Assembly: GCA_951406725.2 (NCBI GenBank)
Contig: OX597815.1
Coordinates: forward strand, 152,520,001 to 152,584,000
Direction of reading: 5' to 3'
DNA length: 64,000 nucleotides
From: Octopus vulgaris
Lineage: Eukaryota
The translations under genes and the position numbers were made by a program. Shown piece by piece: positions 52,450-64,000 of this stretch. Position 1 is the first letter of the stretch. The number at the start of each line of letters is the position of its first letter. The notes beneath the pieces were generated by a model. The model ran no database searches. It was not told the DNA's origin and saw only the letters and a program-made list of their open reading frames with translations.

Positions 52450-53049
52450 TTTATAAAAATATGGTAAAGTAAAAAAATTACTTAACCACACACCGAGCTT
52501 TTTAGAAATAGCAGCCAAAAATTTCTCAACTGCAAGAAAAAGTCTCCCAGACAATGCATACTCAGAAATAATTCACATACGTATAAGAGAAAAACAACGA
52601 AAAATCACATGGATTCTCCGATATATGTTATAAAAATATGGATTCTCCGATATAATTTATAAAAATATGGTAAAGTAAAAAAATTACTTTACCACACACA
52701 AAGCTTTTAGAAATAGCAGACGTCACAAAACTGCTTTCAACGTCACACTAACAGATCGCAGTAACGTTTTAGATATGAAAACAAGCAATCTCATTGGTTA
52801 AAATTCGCAGTTTTAATCTACGATTAAAGTCATAAAATAGATTTTTCTCAAATAAACTAGTTCCAACTGGCGAATAAACTAGTTCCACTCTATGAGTACA
52901 CAAAGTTTCAAATTATTTAGTTAACTAGAAAGATCTGGGGTCCTGGCCACAAATTTGAAAAGATCCCAAAATATTTGACAATAAACACTTTTGAACGTAC
53001 AAAATGACCAACTTACTTGGAGCCCATTTGACTTGCGTCTGTCTGTCCA

Positions 53050-53075
53050 GATAGATAGATAGATGATAGACAGAC

Positions 53076-53166
<91 letters not shown>

Positions 53167-53202
53167 GGTAGATAGATAGATGATAGACAGACAGACAGAC
53201 AG
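53050..53202. repeat. (GATA)n/(GACA)n microsatellite
   Basis: Direct reading. Confidence 0.92.
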
Positions 53203-53329
53203 AAATGCTGAAAATGCAGACACTGTTCAGATATACTGGAAAATTTTCTTGTAGGCGCAGACATGGCTGTGTGGTAAAAAGTTTTCTTCTCGACCGTATG
53301 GTTCCAGGTTCAGTCCTATTGTGTGGCAC

Positions 53330-54870
53330 TTAGAACAAGTCTCGGGAGTGGCCATGGGAGCGCGAATGGGCCCCAACTATGCGAACCTGTTCGTTGGCTA
53401 TGTTGAGGCCCAAATATTCTCTAGTTTCACTGGTCCCACTCCCAAACTATACAGTTGTTATAATGACAACTGTGTCAGTGCTACCTCACTCTCCCGCGAA
53501 CATCTAGACTCCTTCCTCTCTTGCGTTAAATCCTTCCATCCTGCACTATCTCCAACATCTCTGTCTCCTTTGTTGACATTTCAGTCAGCATTCATCACTC
53601 CACTCTTACCACCTCCATTCACTACAAACACACAGACTCACACTCATACCTAAACTTCTCCTCCCACCCCAAACACACCAAGCTTTCCATCCCCTATTCC
53701 CAATTCCTCCTTCTACGCAGGCTCTGTAGTGACGACCATGACTTTGAGACTCAGTCTCAACTCTGGCTCGCCACTTCAACCCACGTGGATACTCCCTCAT
53801 TACTATCCACACCGCCCTTGCCAGAGCACGTTCCGTAGACCATGCATCTGCTGTTTCCCCCCGAACCTGCCCTGCAGTCTCCTGCGCCCTTTCCCCTCAC
53901 GTACCATCCCACCACCCTACCTCTCCAACGCACCATTCTTCGAGCTTTCCGGCATCTCCAGTCTGATCCGGCCACTTCACACATCTTCCCTAACTGACCC
54001 CTGCCCTCCTTCAAACGAGCCCATAATCTATGAGACCTCTTGGTCAACAGTTTCTTCCCCAACCCTACCTCCCAACCTGGCTCATTCCCCTGCTCCCGCC
54101 CACGCTGCCGCACTTGCCCTTACCTCTCCAACACCACCCGCCTCACCGGCACCCATCATCGACCCTATCGCATAATCAACTCCTTCACCTGCACCTCTAG
54201 CAATAATCATCTCCTGCTCTCTTTGCCATTACCTGTGCATCGGACAAACGGGACGCCGCTTGGCTGACCGGTTCGTGGAACACCTCCGAGACATCCACCT
54301 CGGCAATGACACTCCAGTTTCACGCCATTTCTGCTCCACCGGTCACTCCTTGCAACACCTGTCTGTGTTCAAATTGTTCTTGCACAGAGGCCATCCGGAC
54401 TCCCGCTTGCGCCGTGAACAGAGATTCATCTTCTCTCTTCGCTCTTTTACGCCATTTGGGCTCTACTCTTCTCCCCTTTTCATCTAACCCTCCTCTCCCC
54501 ACCTTTTTCATCTAACCTCCTCCCCAACTCCTACATCTTTTCACCCCTACTCTCTTTCCCTCTACTCTCTTTCCCTCTTCTCCCCTACTCTCTTCTCCCT
54601 TCTCTCTTTCTCTCTGCTCCCTCACACTCCTTCTCCCCTCTCTCCCCCTCCCTCCTCTCTCTTCCCTCCCCCTCCTCCTTCCCCTTTCTTCTCTCCCCTC
54701 TCTCCTCACATACCCGCCTCCCCCCATAAACCCACCTACCTACAACCCCACGGGAAATGTGTCGAGGCCGACAGGAAGAGTCGATGCTTCCTAGGGCTAA
54801 ACAGCGGTGGTGTAATTCCCTTACTGTCAGGTTAAGTTGACAGTATACAACCACTCTATCGCCCCACTAC
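53330..54870 (+). mobile_element. Second Penelope-like element (RT C-terminal half + GIY-YIG + pyrimidine-rich 3' region)
   Basis: QVSGVAMGARMGPNYANLFVG, CSRPRCRTC, FTCTSSN, GQTGRRLADRFVEH, RREQRFIFSL; frameshifted. Confidence 0.88.
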
Positions 54871-55112
54871 CGTACATATCTCTATGAGATATTTAGAAAT
54901 TTAATATTTCTGATATATATATATATATATACTTTATAATTAAGGTTCAGCAAAGATTTGCTTCACCACATACCGAAGTTTAGAAATAGCAGTCAAAAAA
55001 TCTTAGCTATTCCTTCTACTTTAAAAGGGGCTCCCAGAAAAACTAAAGTACTTGAAAACAATCCACACAGGCAAAAGGGAAAAATAACGAAAATCAATCG
55101 ATATTAGGTTAC

Positions 55113-55196
55113 TCACGTACACGCGTTTCGTAATTAGATCGGCATAAAGAATAAATAATTATACCTTACCCAACCATTTTCGGCTCTTCAGCGTGG
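55113..55196 (-). ncRNA. Hammerhead-like motif with poorly paired stem II
   Basis: Minus strand: cacg-CTGAAGA-...-GAAAC-gcgt-GTA-cgtg; stems I and III pair. Confidence 0.45.
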
Positions 55197-55701
55197 GATT
55201 CCTCAAATATTAATGATTAAATATTAAATTTGAAGGCACTGGAAAATATCTCTTCACCTAACGGTATCAGAGAGATCATATTCAGTGCTAGTGCCGCCAA
55301 ATTCAAAATACGAATGAGAGTTCATCACCTTCCCCTGCCCATTAGCGTGTCGCAAAGTAAGATGCTACAGAGAGAAACTGTAGGAGTAGTTAAATCGATT
55401 GCATAGACCCTAGTGTTCAACTGGTCCTTTTTTTTTTAAGTCTCAAAAGAATGAAAAGGAAAGTTGACCGCAGCAGAATTTGAATTAAAAACATAAAGCC
55501 GGGCAAAATACTGCAAAGTATTTCGCCCGAGATGCTAATGATGCTATCAGCTCACCATTAGTGTTATATAACAATAAAACTTAGATTTCTGTTACTAAAA
55601 CAAGACCAGCTTATTTTAACCATCTAGGTAGGGTCGCCTATACTAAGAATCTTGCGAGTGTTGTTAAAACTAATTATGTTTATTTTTTAATCTTATTTCA
55701 G

Positions 55702-55862
55702 AATGCAATCAAATAAAGAAATATTTACAATATATTGTGCAGTACAAAACAAAATCAAAGATCAAGTTGAGCAGAATATTCGTGATATTCTGAATACATC
55801 GCAGACATTGCATAATTTGGGGCTTGATCAACATAACACGGAAATAATTGGTGAAAGAAGCA
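55702..55862 (+). CDS. Host gene coding exon 7: end of SEA-like domain; gene continues beyond the recognisable exons
   Basis: ttttttaatcttatttcag|, phase 2 in. MQSNKEIFTIYCAVQNKIKDQVEQNIRDILNTSQTLHNLGLDQHNTEIIGERS. Probable phase-1 donor gtgcgt at 55863; an alternative gtgaaa lies at 55851. Confidence 0.78.
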
Positions 55863-55992
55863 GTGCGTTGCTAATCATTTTTATCTCATCATCATCATCA
55901 TATAATTATCAGCACAAGGTGATAGCATTAATAAAATACAAACACAAACACACACACACACACACTCATATATATATATATTATATTTATAT

Positions 55993-56360
55993 AGGTGCAG
56001 GAGTGGCTGTATGGTTACAGGGCTGTATGCTTACAAGGTTCAATCCCACTGTGAGGCACCTTGAGCAAGTGTCATCTACTATAGCTTCAGGCCAACCAAA
56101 GCCTTGTGAGTGGATTTGGTAGATGGAAACTGAAAGAAGCCCGTCATATATGTGTGTGTTTGTGTGTCTGTGTTTGTCACCCCAACATCGCTTGACAATC
56201 AATGCTGGTGTATTTATGTTCCTGTAACTTAGCGGTTCAGCAATAGAAACCAATAGAATAAGTACTAGGCTTCCAAAGAATAAGTCCTGGGGTTGATTTG
56301 TTTGACTAAAGGTAGTGCTCCAGCATGGCTGCAGTCAAATGACTGAAACAAGTAGAATAA
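55993..56360 (+). mobile_element. tRNA-derived SINE, family A
   Basis: ggtgcaggagtggctgt...gcttacaaggttcaatccc...gctccagcatggc...gactgaaacaagta. Confidence 0.82.
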
Positions 56361-56384
56361 CAGAAAAGAACATATAATATATAT

Positions 56385-56625
56385 ACTGCACTTTTCAATG
56401 TTATTCTGAAAGCAATTAAAGTAGAAGAAGACCCCACAACTTTCAAATGGTACCTGGACAAATTCTTCCTGGAAATACTTGATAAACCACTTATGCCTGG
56501 ATACGTCTCAACCAACAACCCCTGTATGAATAGTCCATGGTGCCCCGAAATAATTAATTAAGAAACTTTTCCAGGTGGTGCTATTGATTTAGTTATGGCT
56601 GGGCTGATAATGGCCGAAATCAATC
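56385..56625 (+). mobile_element. CR1/L2-group LINE 3' fragment
   Basis: LFNVILKAIK..FKWYLDKFFLEILDKPLMPGY C-terminal motif. Confidence 0.5.
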
Positions 56626-57517
56626 TCATATATATATACTAGCTTAAGATGGGTAAGAGTGTGGTTGTTACTTTCTGTTGCTTCCTTTCTGTTTTTTATC
56701 ACCACATTCTCCCTCTTTGTTTCTCTCTCCTTTCTCTCTCACTTTCCCACTCTCTTACTCTTCCTTTCTCTCGGACTCTCCCTCGCTTTCTCTTACTCTT
56801 TATCTTTCTCTATCGATCTCTCTCCCATTTATAAACAACAAAAAATCTTGAGTAAGTTGAGAAAGAAATATTTTGAAAGATCAATCATAAATATCAAGCA
56901 GTGACAACGGAAAGGTCTGCTTCAAGGCAGACAGCAAAACACTAACATTTAAAAGGTACAGACGAACTTGTGAGCTGAATAATAAAAAAATATTGGAAAC
57001 CAATGTTTGAAGGGATAGAATCTGAGGATAGTAGAGTCACCATGGCTAGCATTTCTTAACGACGGACAGCAACATAGTGGCAGTTTAATGGCTGGCGTAA
57101 AATTTTGAACTTCATGTAAAACAAAATTCCTAAACGCCAAGTTTTGAAATGATTCTTTCTCACGACAGTAGACTCACCATGGCAAGCATTAAAAACTTCT
57201 TCATCATGGATGGCAACACATTGAAGATTTAAAGGCTGGCGCAAATTTTTTAGCTTGATGTAACAGAGAATTCCTAAACACCCGCTCCTGTAAATTTTAA
57301 TCCCCTTCCAGCCCCATTTAGATCCCTTTTCACATTTTCATTAATATAACCCGATTTCATTCGGGTCTACCCGGGCCACATTTTATAAGCTGAGGAATTT
57401 TGTCCTAGAGGTCACGCCTTTCATTTGAGGAAAAAATAGTTGCCATGCAAACTCGCCAGCACTTTTAACATAGGTGTGCATATTTTCAGCTCTACTGACC
57501 ACATAATGCACACATTT

Positions 57518-57560
<43 letters not shown>

Positions 57561-57599
57561 ACATTATATATACAAATGTACACAAATTATATATATATA

Positions 57600-58158
57600 C
57601 ATATATATATATAAATACAGATATATACACTTTGTATATATACATTATATATATATTTATATATAGAACACACACACACATATATAAATTAACCCAATAA
57701 ATATCTGATTCATAATATTTGTTCTCATGATTGTGTGGTGGTGGTTGCGATAATAAAACTGTCTATGAATGCAGACAGATATACAGAGAGAGAGAGAGAA
57801 GGGGAGGCGGTGGGGGAAAGAGGGACAGCGCTGGCGAAGGCAGCGGGGGGGAAAGATAGTAGTATCTGTCAAATGTCGTTATTGAAAGAAAGTGATGGGA
57901 AGGGAGGAAACACAGAGAGACGGAGGAAGACATGCAGATAAGAGAATGAGAGGAGACTTGTCAACGTGTGCGTTTTTTGCCCTAGTAACAACACCTTTTA
58001 AGATAGGGATTTCTAACCTAGCCCACTATCATCCTCACCTCATTTTACATGTCCCTGTAAATTTTGGAGTCAATCCGACGTGATCTAGAGGCCTTTAAAA
58101 CGTTCCAATACCAAAACTAGACAAACAAACTTTTCGCATTTCAGATTTATAGATATTG

Positions 58159-58193
<35 letters not shown>

Positions 58194-58888
58194 CATTATA
58201 TATACAAATGTATACAAATTATATATATATATATATATATATATGATTAAAATCACAATAAGGGTGAAAAAATTCAATATTAATTAATAACATCAATTTA
58301 AAAACAAGTAATAAGAGAGGGACCACATGTGGTCACTCTAACGCTAGAAATAGATCCGCAAAGGGAATCCACCACTAAAGAATTGTTCTCAAGCATTAAT
58401 TCAACACGCCAAGAATGTAAGCGGGCAGGACAAATGAAAAATAACGAAAAAAATGGATTAACTCTATACAATTGTTTCATCGTTAATAGATTGTGTAATT
58501 TTACTTACAAATCATTTCCGAATCATCGGTAGAGTATATCAAAAATATAATTTGCTGAACTGAACGCCAAAATCCATACGAAGCCGAGCAAAGGCGAATG
58601 GCACAGCCGATTATACTTGCAGTTACGTTCATATATCCTCATTTTTGGCACGTTGAAAATACCGGATGTAAATACTACCCCAGTAATTTACTGCCGGTTT
58701 GAGAACATATTAATTTATAATTAAAATCACAATAAGTATAATTAAAATCACACAGTTTTTTCACACTAGGCCACTTGGTGTTTTAAATTGATGTTATTAA
58801 TTAATATTCAATTTTTTCACCTTTAGTGGTGGATTCCCTTTGCGGATCTATTTCTAGTGACCACATGTGGTCCCCCTCTTATTACTTG

Positions 58889-58955
<67 letters not shown>

Positions 58956-59278
58956 CCGGAGTAAACACATAAATGTGAAACAAGGTGGAAAAAGAGTACT
59001 CAAATACCAGTGGTAGAGTAATATGCTTTATTTTAAGCAACGAGAAACTCAGAGTAACAGATTTTGTTGAATATTCTGCTGCTTAAAATAGAGTATATAT
59101 ATATATATATACAGATATATACACTTTGTATATATACATTATATATGCATATTTATATATAGAACACACACACACACATATACAAATAAACCCAATAAAT
59201 ATCTGATTCATAATATTTGTTCTCATCGTTGTGTGTTGGTGGGGGCGATAATAAAACTCTCTATGAATGCAGACAGAC

Positions 59279-59323
<45 letters not shown>

Positions 59324-59660
59324 GGAAGAAGGAGTGAAAGTGGCGGTGGAAAGATAGTAGGACTGTCAAACGACGTTATAGAGAGAAAATGATAGGAAGG
59401 GAGGAAAGAGAGAGAGAAGGAGAAAGACAGGCAGATAAGAGAATGAGAGGAGACTTGTCAACGTGTGCGTTTTTTGCCCTAGCAACCACACCTTTTGAGA
59501 TAGGGATTTCTAATCTAGCCCACTGACATCCTCACTTCATTTTACATGTCACTGTAAATTATGAAGTCAATCCGACGGGATATAGTGGTCTTTAACCCGT
59601 TCCAATGCCAAAACCAGACAAACAAACTTTTCGCATTTCAGATTTATAGATATTGATGTG
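57600..59660 (+). repeat. Two copies (~57600-58160 and ~59095-59660) of a Helitron/HINE-like 3' segment
   Basis: Shared cccaataaatatctgattcataat...gaggagacttgtcaacgtgtgcgtttttt...cagatttatagatattgat. Confidence 0.7.
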
Positions 59661-61160
59661 TGTGTGGTAAGTAGCTTGCTTCCTAACCACATGGTTCTGG
59701 GTTCAGTCCCACTGTATGACAGCTTGGGCTAGTGTCTTCTACTACAGCTTGGGCCAAATAAAGCTTTGTGAGTGGATTTCGTAAATGGAAACAGAAAGCA
59801 GCCCATCGTATATATGTGTGTGAATGTGTGTGCGCTTGTGTGTGTGTATGTGTGTGTGTGTGTGTCTGTGTGTGTGTCTGTGTTTGTCCCCTCACCATCA
59901 CTTGACAACTGATGTTGGTGTGTTTACAACCCCTGTAACTTAGTGGTTCAGCAAAAGAGATCCAATGAAATAAGCACCAGGCTAACACAGAATAAGTCCT
60001 GGGGTCAATTTGTTTGTGCTCCAGCATGGCCGCAGTCAAATGACTGAAACAAATAAAAGAATATATATATATATCTTTTATCTTTTAATTGTTTCAGCCA
60101 TTAGACTGTGGCCATGCTGGGGCACTGCCTTGAAGAATTTATAGTTGAATGTATCAACCCCAGTACTTTTTTCTTTTTCTTTTTAAGCCTGGTACCTACT
60201 CTATCAGTCTGTTTTGCCAAACCACAATGTTACAGGAACATAAACACACCAACACCAGTTGTCAACCGGTGACAGTGGGAACAAAAACACAGAAACACAC
60301 ACACACACATGTATATATACAGATATATACGATGGGCTTCTTTCCATTTCCATCTAGCAAATCCACTCACAAAGCTTTATTCGGCCCAAGGCTATACAAG
60401 AAGACACTTGCTCAAGGTATCATACAGTGGGACTGAACCCAGAACTATGTGGTTGGGAAGCAAGCTTCTTACCACACAGCCACGCCTATGCCTATATGCC
60501 ACACCTGCACCTATATGTCACGCCTGAGCACGTATATAAATACATTATATATATGTATGTATGTATATGTATATATATGTATGTACATATATTCTTTAAC
60601 TTGCTTCAGTCATTTGACTGCGACCATGCTGGAGCACCGCCTTTAGTCAAGCAAATCAACCCCAGGACTTATTCTTTGTAAGCCTAGTACTTATTATATC
60701 GGTCTCTTTTGCTGAACCACAAAGTTACAGGGATGTAAACACACTAGCATCAGTTGTCAAGCAATGTTGGGGGGACAAACACAAACACACAAACATATAC
60801 ACACATACACGTATCTTCATCATCGTTTAACATCCGCTTTCCATGCTGGCATGGGTTGGATGGTTTCACTGAGGACTGGTAAACCAGAGGCTGCACTAGA
60901 CTTAATCTGATCTGGCAAAGTTTCTACAGCTGGATGACCTTCCCAACACTATCCACTCTGAGAGTGTAGTGGGTGCTTTTACATGCCACTGGCACAAGGG
61001 CCAGTAAGAGAGTTCTGGCAACAACCATGCTCAAAAGGTATTTTATGTGCTACCTGCATGAGAGCCAGTCCGGCGGCACTGGCAATGACCATACATGAAT
61101 GTGCTGGTAAGGCGATGCTGCCAATGATCACACTCAGATGTGCTTTTAATGTTCCACTGG

Positions 61161-61202
<42 letters not shown>

Positions 61203-61370
61203 AATGATGAGCTTCTTTCAGTTTCTATCTACTAAATCCACTCACAGAGCTTTGGTCAGCCTGAGGCTATAGTAGAAGACACTTGCCCTAGGTGCCACAC
61301 AGTGGGACTGAATCCAGAACCATGTGGTTGGTAAGCATGCTACTTGCCACACAGCCACTCCTGCACCTAT
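59658..61370. mobile_element. Cluster of family-A SINEs (alternating orientation) with an RTE 3' fragment
   Basis: SINEs at 59658-60058(+), 60075-60490(-), and 60595-60810 + 61205-61370(-), the last split by an RTE tail at ~60815-61160. Confidence 0.78.
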
Positions 61371-61528
61371 ATATATGATATATATATAGGGCATCCAGCT
61401 GTAGAAACACTGCCACATCTGACTGGCCTGGTGCAGCCTTCAGGCTTCCCAGACCCCAGTTGAACCGTCCAACCCATGCTAGCATGGAAAGCGGACGTTA
61501 AACGATGATGATGATGATGATGATGATA

Positions 61529-61622
<94 letters not shown>

Positions 61623-61689
61623 AACATATATATAAACAAAGATAAATGCGATACAATAAAATTAATTATAAACATATATATATATATAT

Positions 61690-63485
61690 CACGGAGAGGG
61701 TCATAGCCCAACTAATTAAGGAGAGAGTCAGTTTAGATGAGATGCAGTTTGGGTTCATGCCAGGGAAAAGCGCCACTGATGCTATATTTCTAGTAAGACA
61801 GCTGCAGGAGAAATACCTAGCCAAAGATAAACCTCTGTACCTGGCTTCCGTTGACATGTATAAAGCCTTTGACAGGATCCCCAATCCCTTATCTGGTGGT
61901 CAGTGAGGAAACTAGGGATAGATGAATGGTTAGTGAGAGCTGTGCAAGCCATGTACAGGGACGCTGTCAGTAAGGTGAGGGTTGGCAACGAGTACAGTGA
62001 AGAATTCCGAGTAGAAGTAGGGGTCCATCAAGGTTCAGTCCTCATCCCCCTCCGATTTATCATAGTCCTCTAGGCAATAACAGAGGAATTCAAGACAGGA
62101 TACCCCTGAGAGCTCCTCTATGCTGACGACCTTGCTCTAATTGCTGAGTCACTATCAGAACTAGAGGAAAAGTTTCAGGTGTGAAAGCAAGGATTAGAAT
62201 CGAAGGGTCTTAGAGTCAATCTAGCTAAAACCAAAGTCCTTAATATGTAGGAAGGCAGACAAACTACAAATCCCTTCAGGTAGATGGCCTTGCTCGATCT
62301 GTAGAAAAGGTGTAGGTAGAAACTCTGTAAGATGTACCCAATGTAAGCTATGAACACATAAGAAGTGCAGCAATATCAAATGAAGGCTAACTGGGAAGGT
62401 AGTTTTTGTATGTTGCGGATGCTCAGGAGCAATAAACACTGGAAATGTGCAGAGAACAACTTCCACCACATTCCAGGGAGAAAAACTAGAAGTAGCTGAT
62501 AGCTTCCATTACGTAGGTGACCAAATCAGTTGCGGGGGAGTGTGCACTGAAAGTGTAACTGCTAGAATAAGAAAAGCCTGGGCAAAGTTCAGAGAGCTCT
62601 TACCCCTGCTGGCGACAAAGGGCCTCTCGCTCAGAGTAAAAGGTAGACTGTATGATGCATGTGTATGAACAGCCATGCTACATGGCAGTGGAACATGGGC
62701 TGTGACTACTAAGGACATGTGTAAGCTCGCAAGGAATGAAGCCAGTACGCTCCGATGGATGTGTAATGTTATTGTGCATACTCAACAGAATGTAAGTACC
62801 TTGAGAGAAAAGTTGGGCCTAAGAAGCATCAGAATTGATGTGCAAGAGAGATGACTGTGCTGGTATGGTCATGTAGTGAAAATGGATGAAGATAGCTGTG
62901 TGAAAAGTGCCACACCCTAGCAGTTGAGGGAACCTGTGGAAGAAGTAGACCCAGGAAGACCTGGGATGAGGTGGTGAAGCATGACCTTCGAACATTAGGC
63001 CTCACCGAGGCAATGACTAGTGACCAAGACCTTTGGAAATATGCTGTGCGTGAGAAGACCCAGCAAGCCAAGTGAGACCATAATCCATGGCCTTCGCCAG
63101 GGGTGTAACCAGCCCACTTATGCATATCTTTCCTTCATTGAACACCTAACTCTGCTTGTGAAGACCTGTTGATGCAAGTGAAATCAAAATCGAATCAATT
63201 TCAGTGACTGGCACTCATGCCAGTGGAGCACTAAGAGCACCATTCGAGTGTGATCATTGCCAGAGCAGCTGACTGGCTTCCATGCCAGTGGCACGTAAGA
63301 ATGCCAGTGGCACATAAAAAAATATTCGAGCAAGGTCATTGTTAGTGCTGCTGGACTGGCTCCTGTGCAGGTGGCATGTAAAAAATACCATTTGAGCATG
63401 GCCATTGCCAGTACCACCTGACTGGCCCTCATGCCGGCACATAAAAGCACCCATAAAAGCGGACGTTAAACAATGATGATGATGA
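61690..63485 (+). mobile_element. 5'-truncated, degenerate RTE LINE
   Basis: ERVSLDEMQFGFMPGKS, YADD, PHD-like insert with stops, 3'UTR repeats, (GAT)n tail; same family as 6885-11576. Confidence 0.92.
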
Positions 63486-64000
63486 TATATATATGTATAT
63501 ATATACCTTGTATTTCTTATTCATTTATGTCATTAGACTGTGGCCATGCTGGAGCATCATCTTGAAAATCTTTAGTTAAATGAATCATCCTCAGAACTTA
63601 TTTTTTCTTAAGCCTGATACTGATTCTACCAGTCTCCTTTGCCAGACTACAAGAAATGATAAACAAAGTCTAGAAGGTATCAAATGTACATGACCTCTAA
63701 CTCAACTGTAAGAAAATAAAAATCATGGAAGTAGGAAAAGAAAAAGTAAATGTTAACATTTTACCGGGCAGAGAGAGGCACAAACAGGTTGAAAATTGGT
63801 GGTGCAGTACAGAATGGTATTGTTGTCGGAAAAATTAATAGTAGTAGTAGTAGATATTTAGGGCTAGAATTGGAGTCTAAAAACAGTTTGCCAACTAAAA
63901 TGTGAGTGTTGATGAAGTGTGGGCTTGATGAAACTTTACATTGAAGTCGTCTCGATGCCACTCCATTTATGGAGCTGTTCACTTCTAAAGTTCCGTTAGG

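Noticed and set aside
63761-64000. Next host exon (HRM/GAIN)
   Set aside because: No + strand exon with suitable splice sites or Cys/Trp motif; it looks like a minus-strand LINE 3' fragment.

Overview
Repeat-saturated, AT-rich eukaryotic DNA. The (TA)n/(CA)n/(GATA)n microsatellites, RTE LINEs and tRNA-SINEs carrying microsatellites most resemble an octopod cephalopod genome (inference). One host gene can be assembled by hand on the + strand from seven small exons (15194-55862) with mutually compatible splice phases. They encode about 309 aa: signal peptide, LRR N-cap, LRR C-cap, a Ly6/uPAR three-finger domain and a SEA-like domain. The gene is open at its 3' end and is plausibly the ectodomain of an adhesion-type GPCR. 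The rest is mobile DNA: a near-intact full-length RTE LINE with a PHD-like finger and a duplicated 5'UTR, stacked L1/Tx1 copies with (TCTA)n tails, two Penelope elements, R4/Dong and CRE-like relics, two mariners, hAT and Helitron-like MITEs, and many SINEs. The most novel signals are (i) a tRNA-headed non-autonomous element ending in a Penelope tail with a hammerhead ribozyme, arranged as a 1.1-kb nested palindrome, (ii) several independent hammerhead motifs, and (iii) an LRR domain with no recognisable internal repeat exons. No rRNA, true tRNA or CRISPR array is supported.
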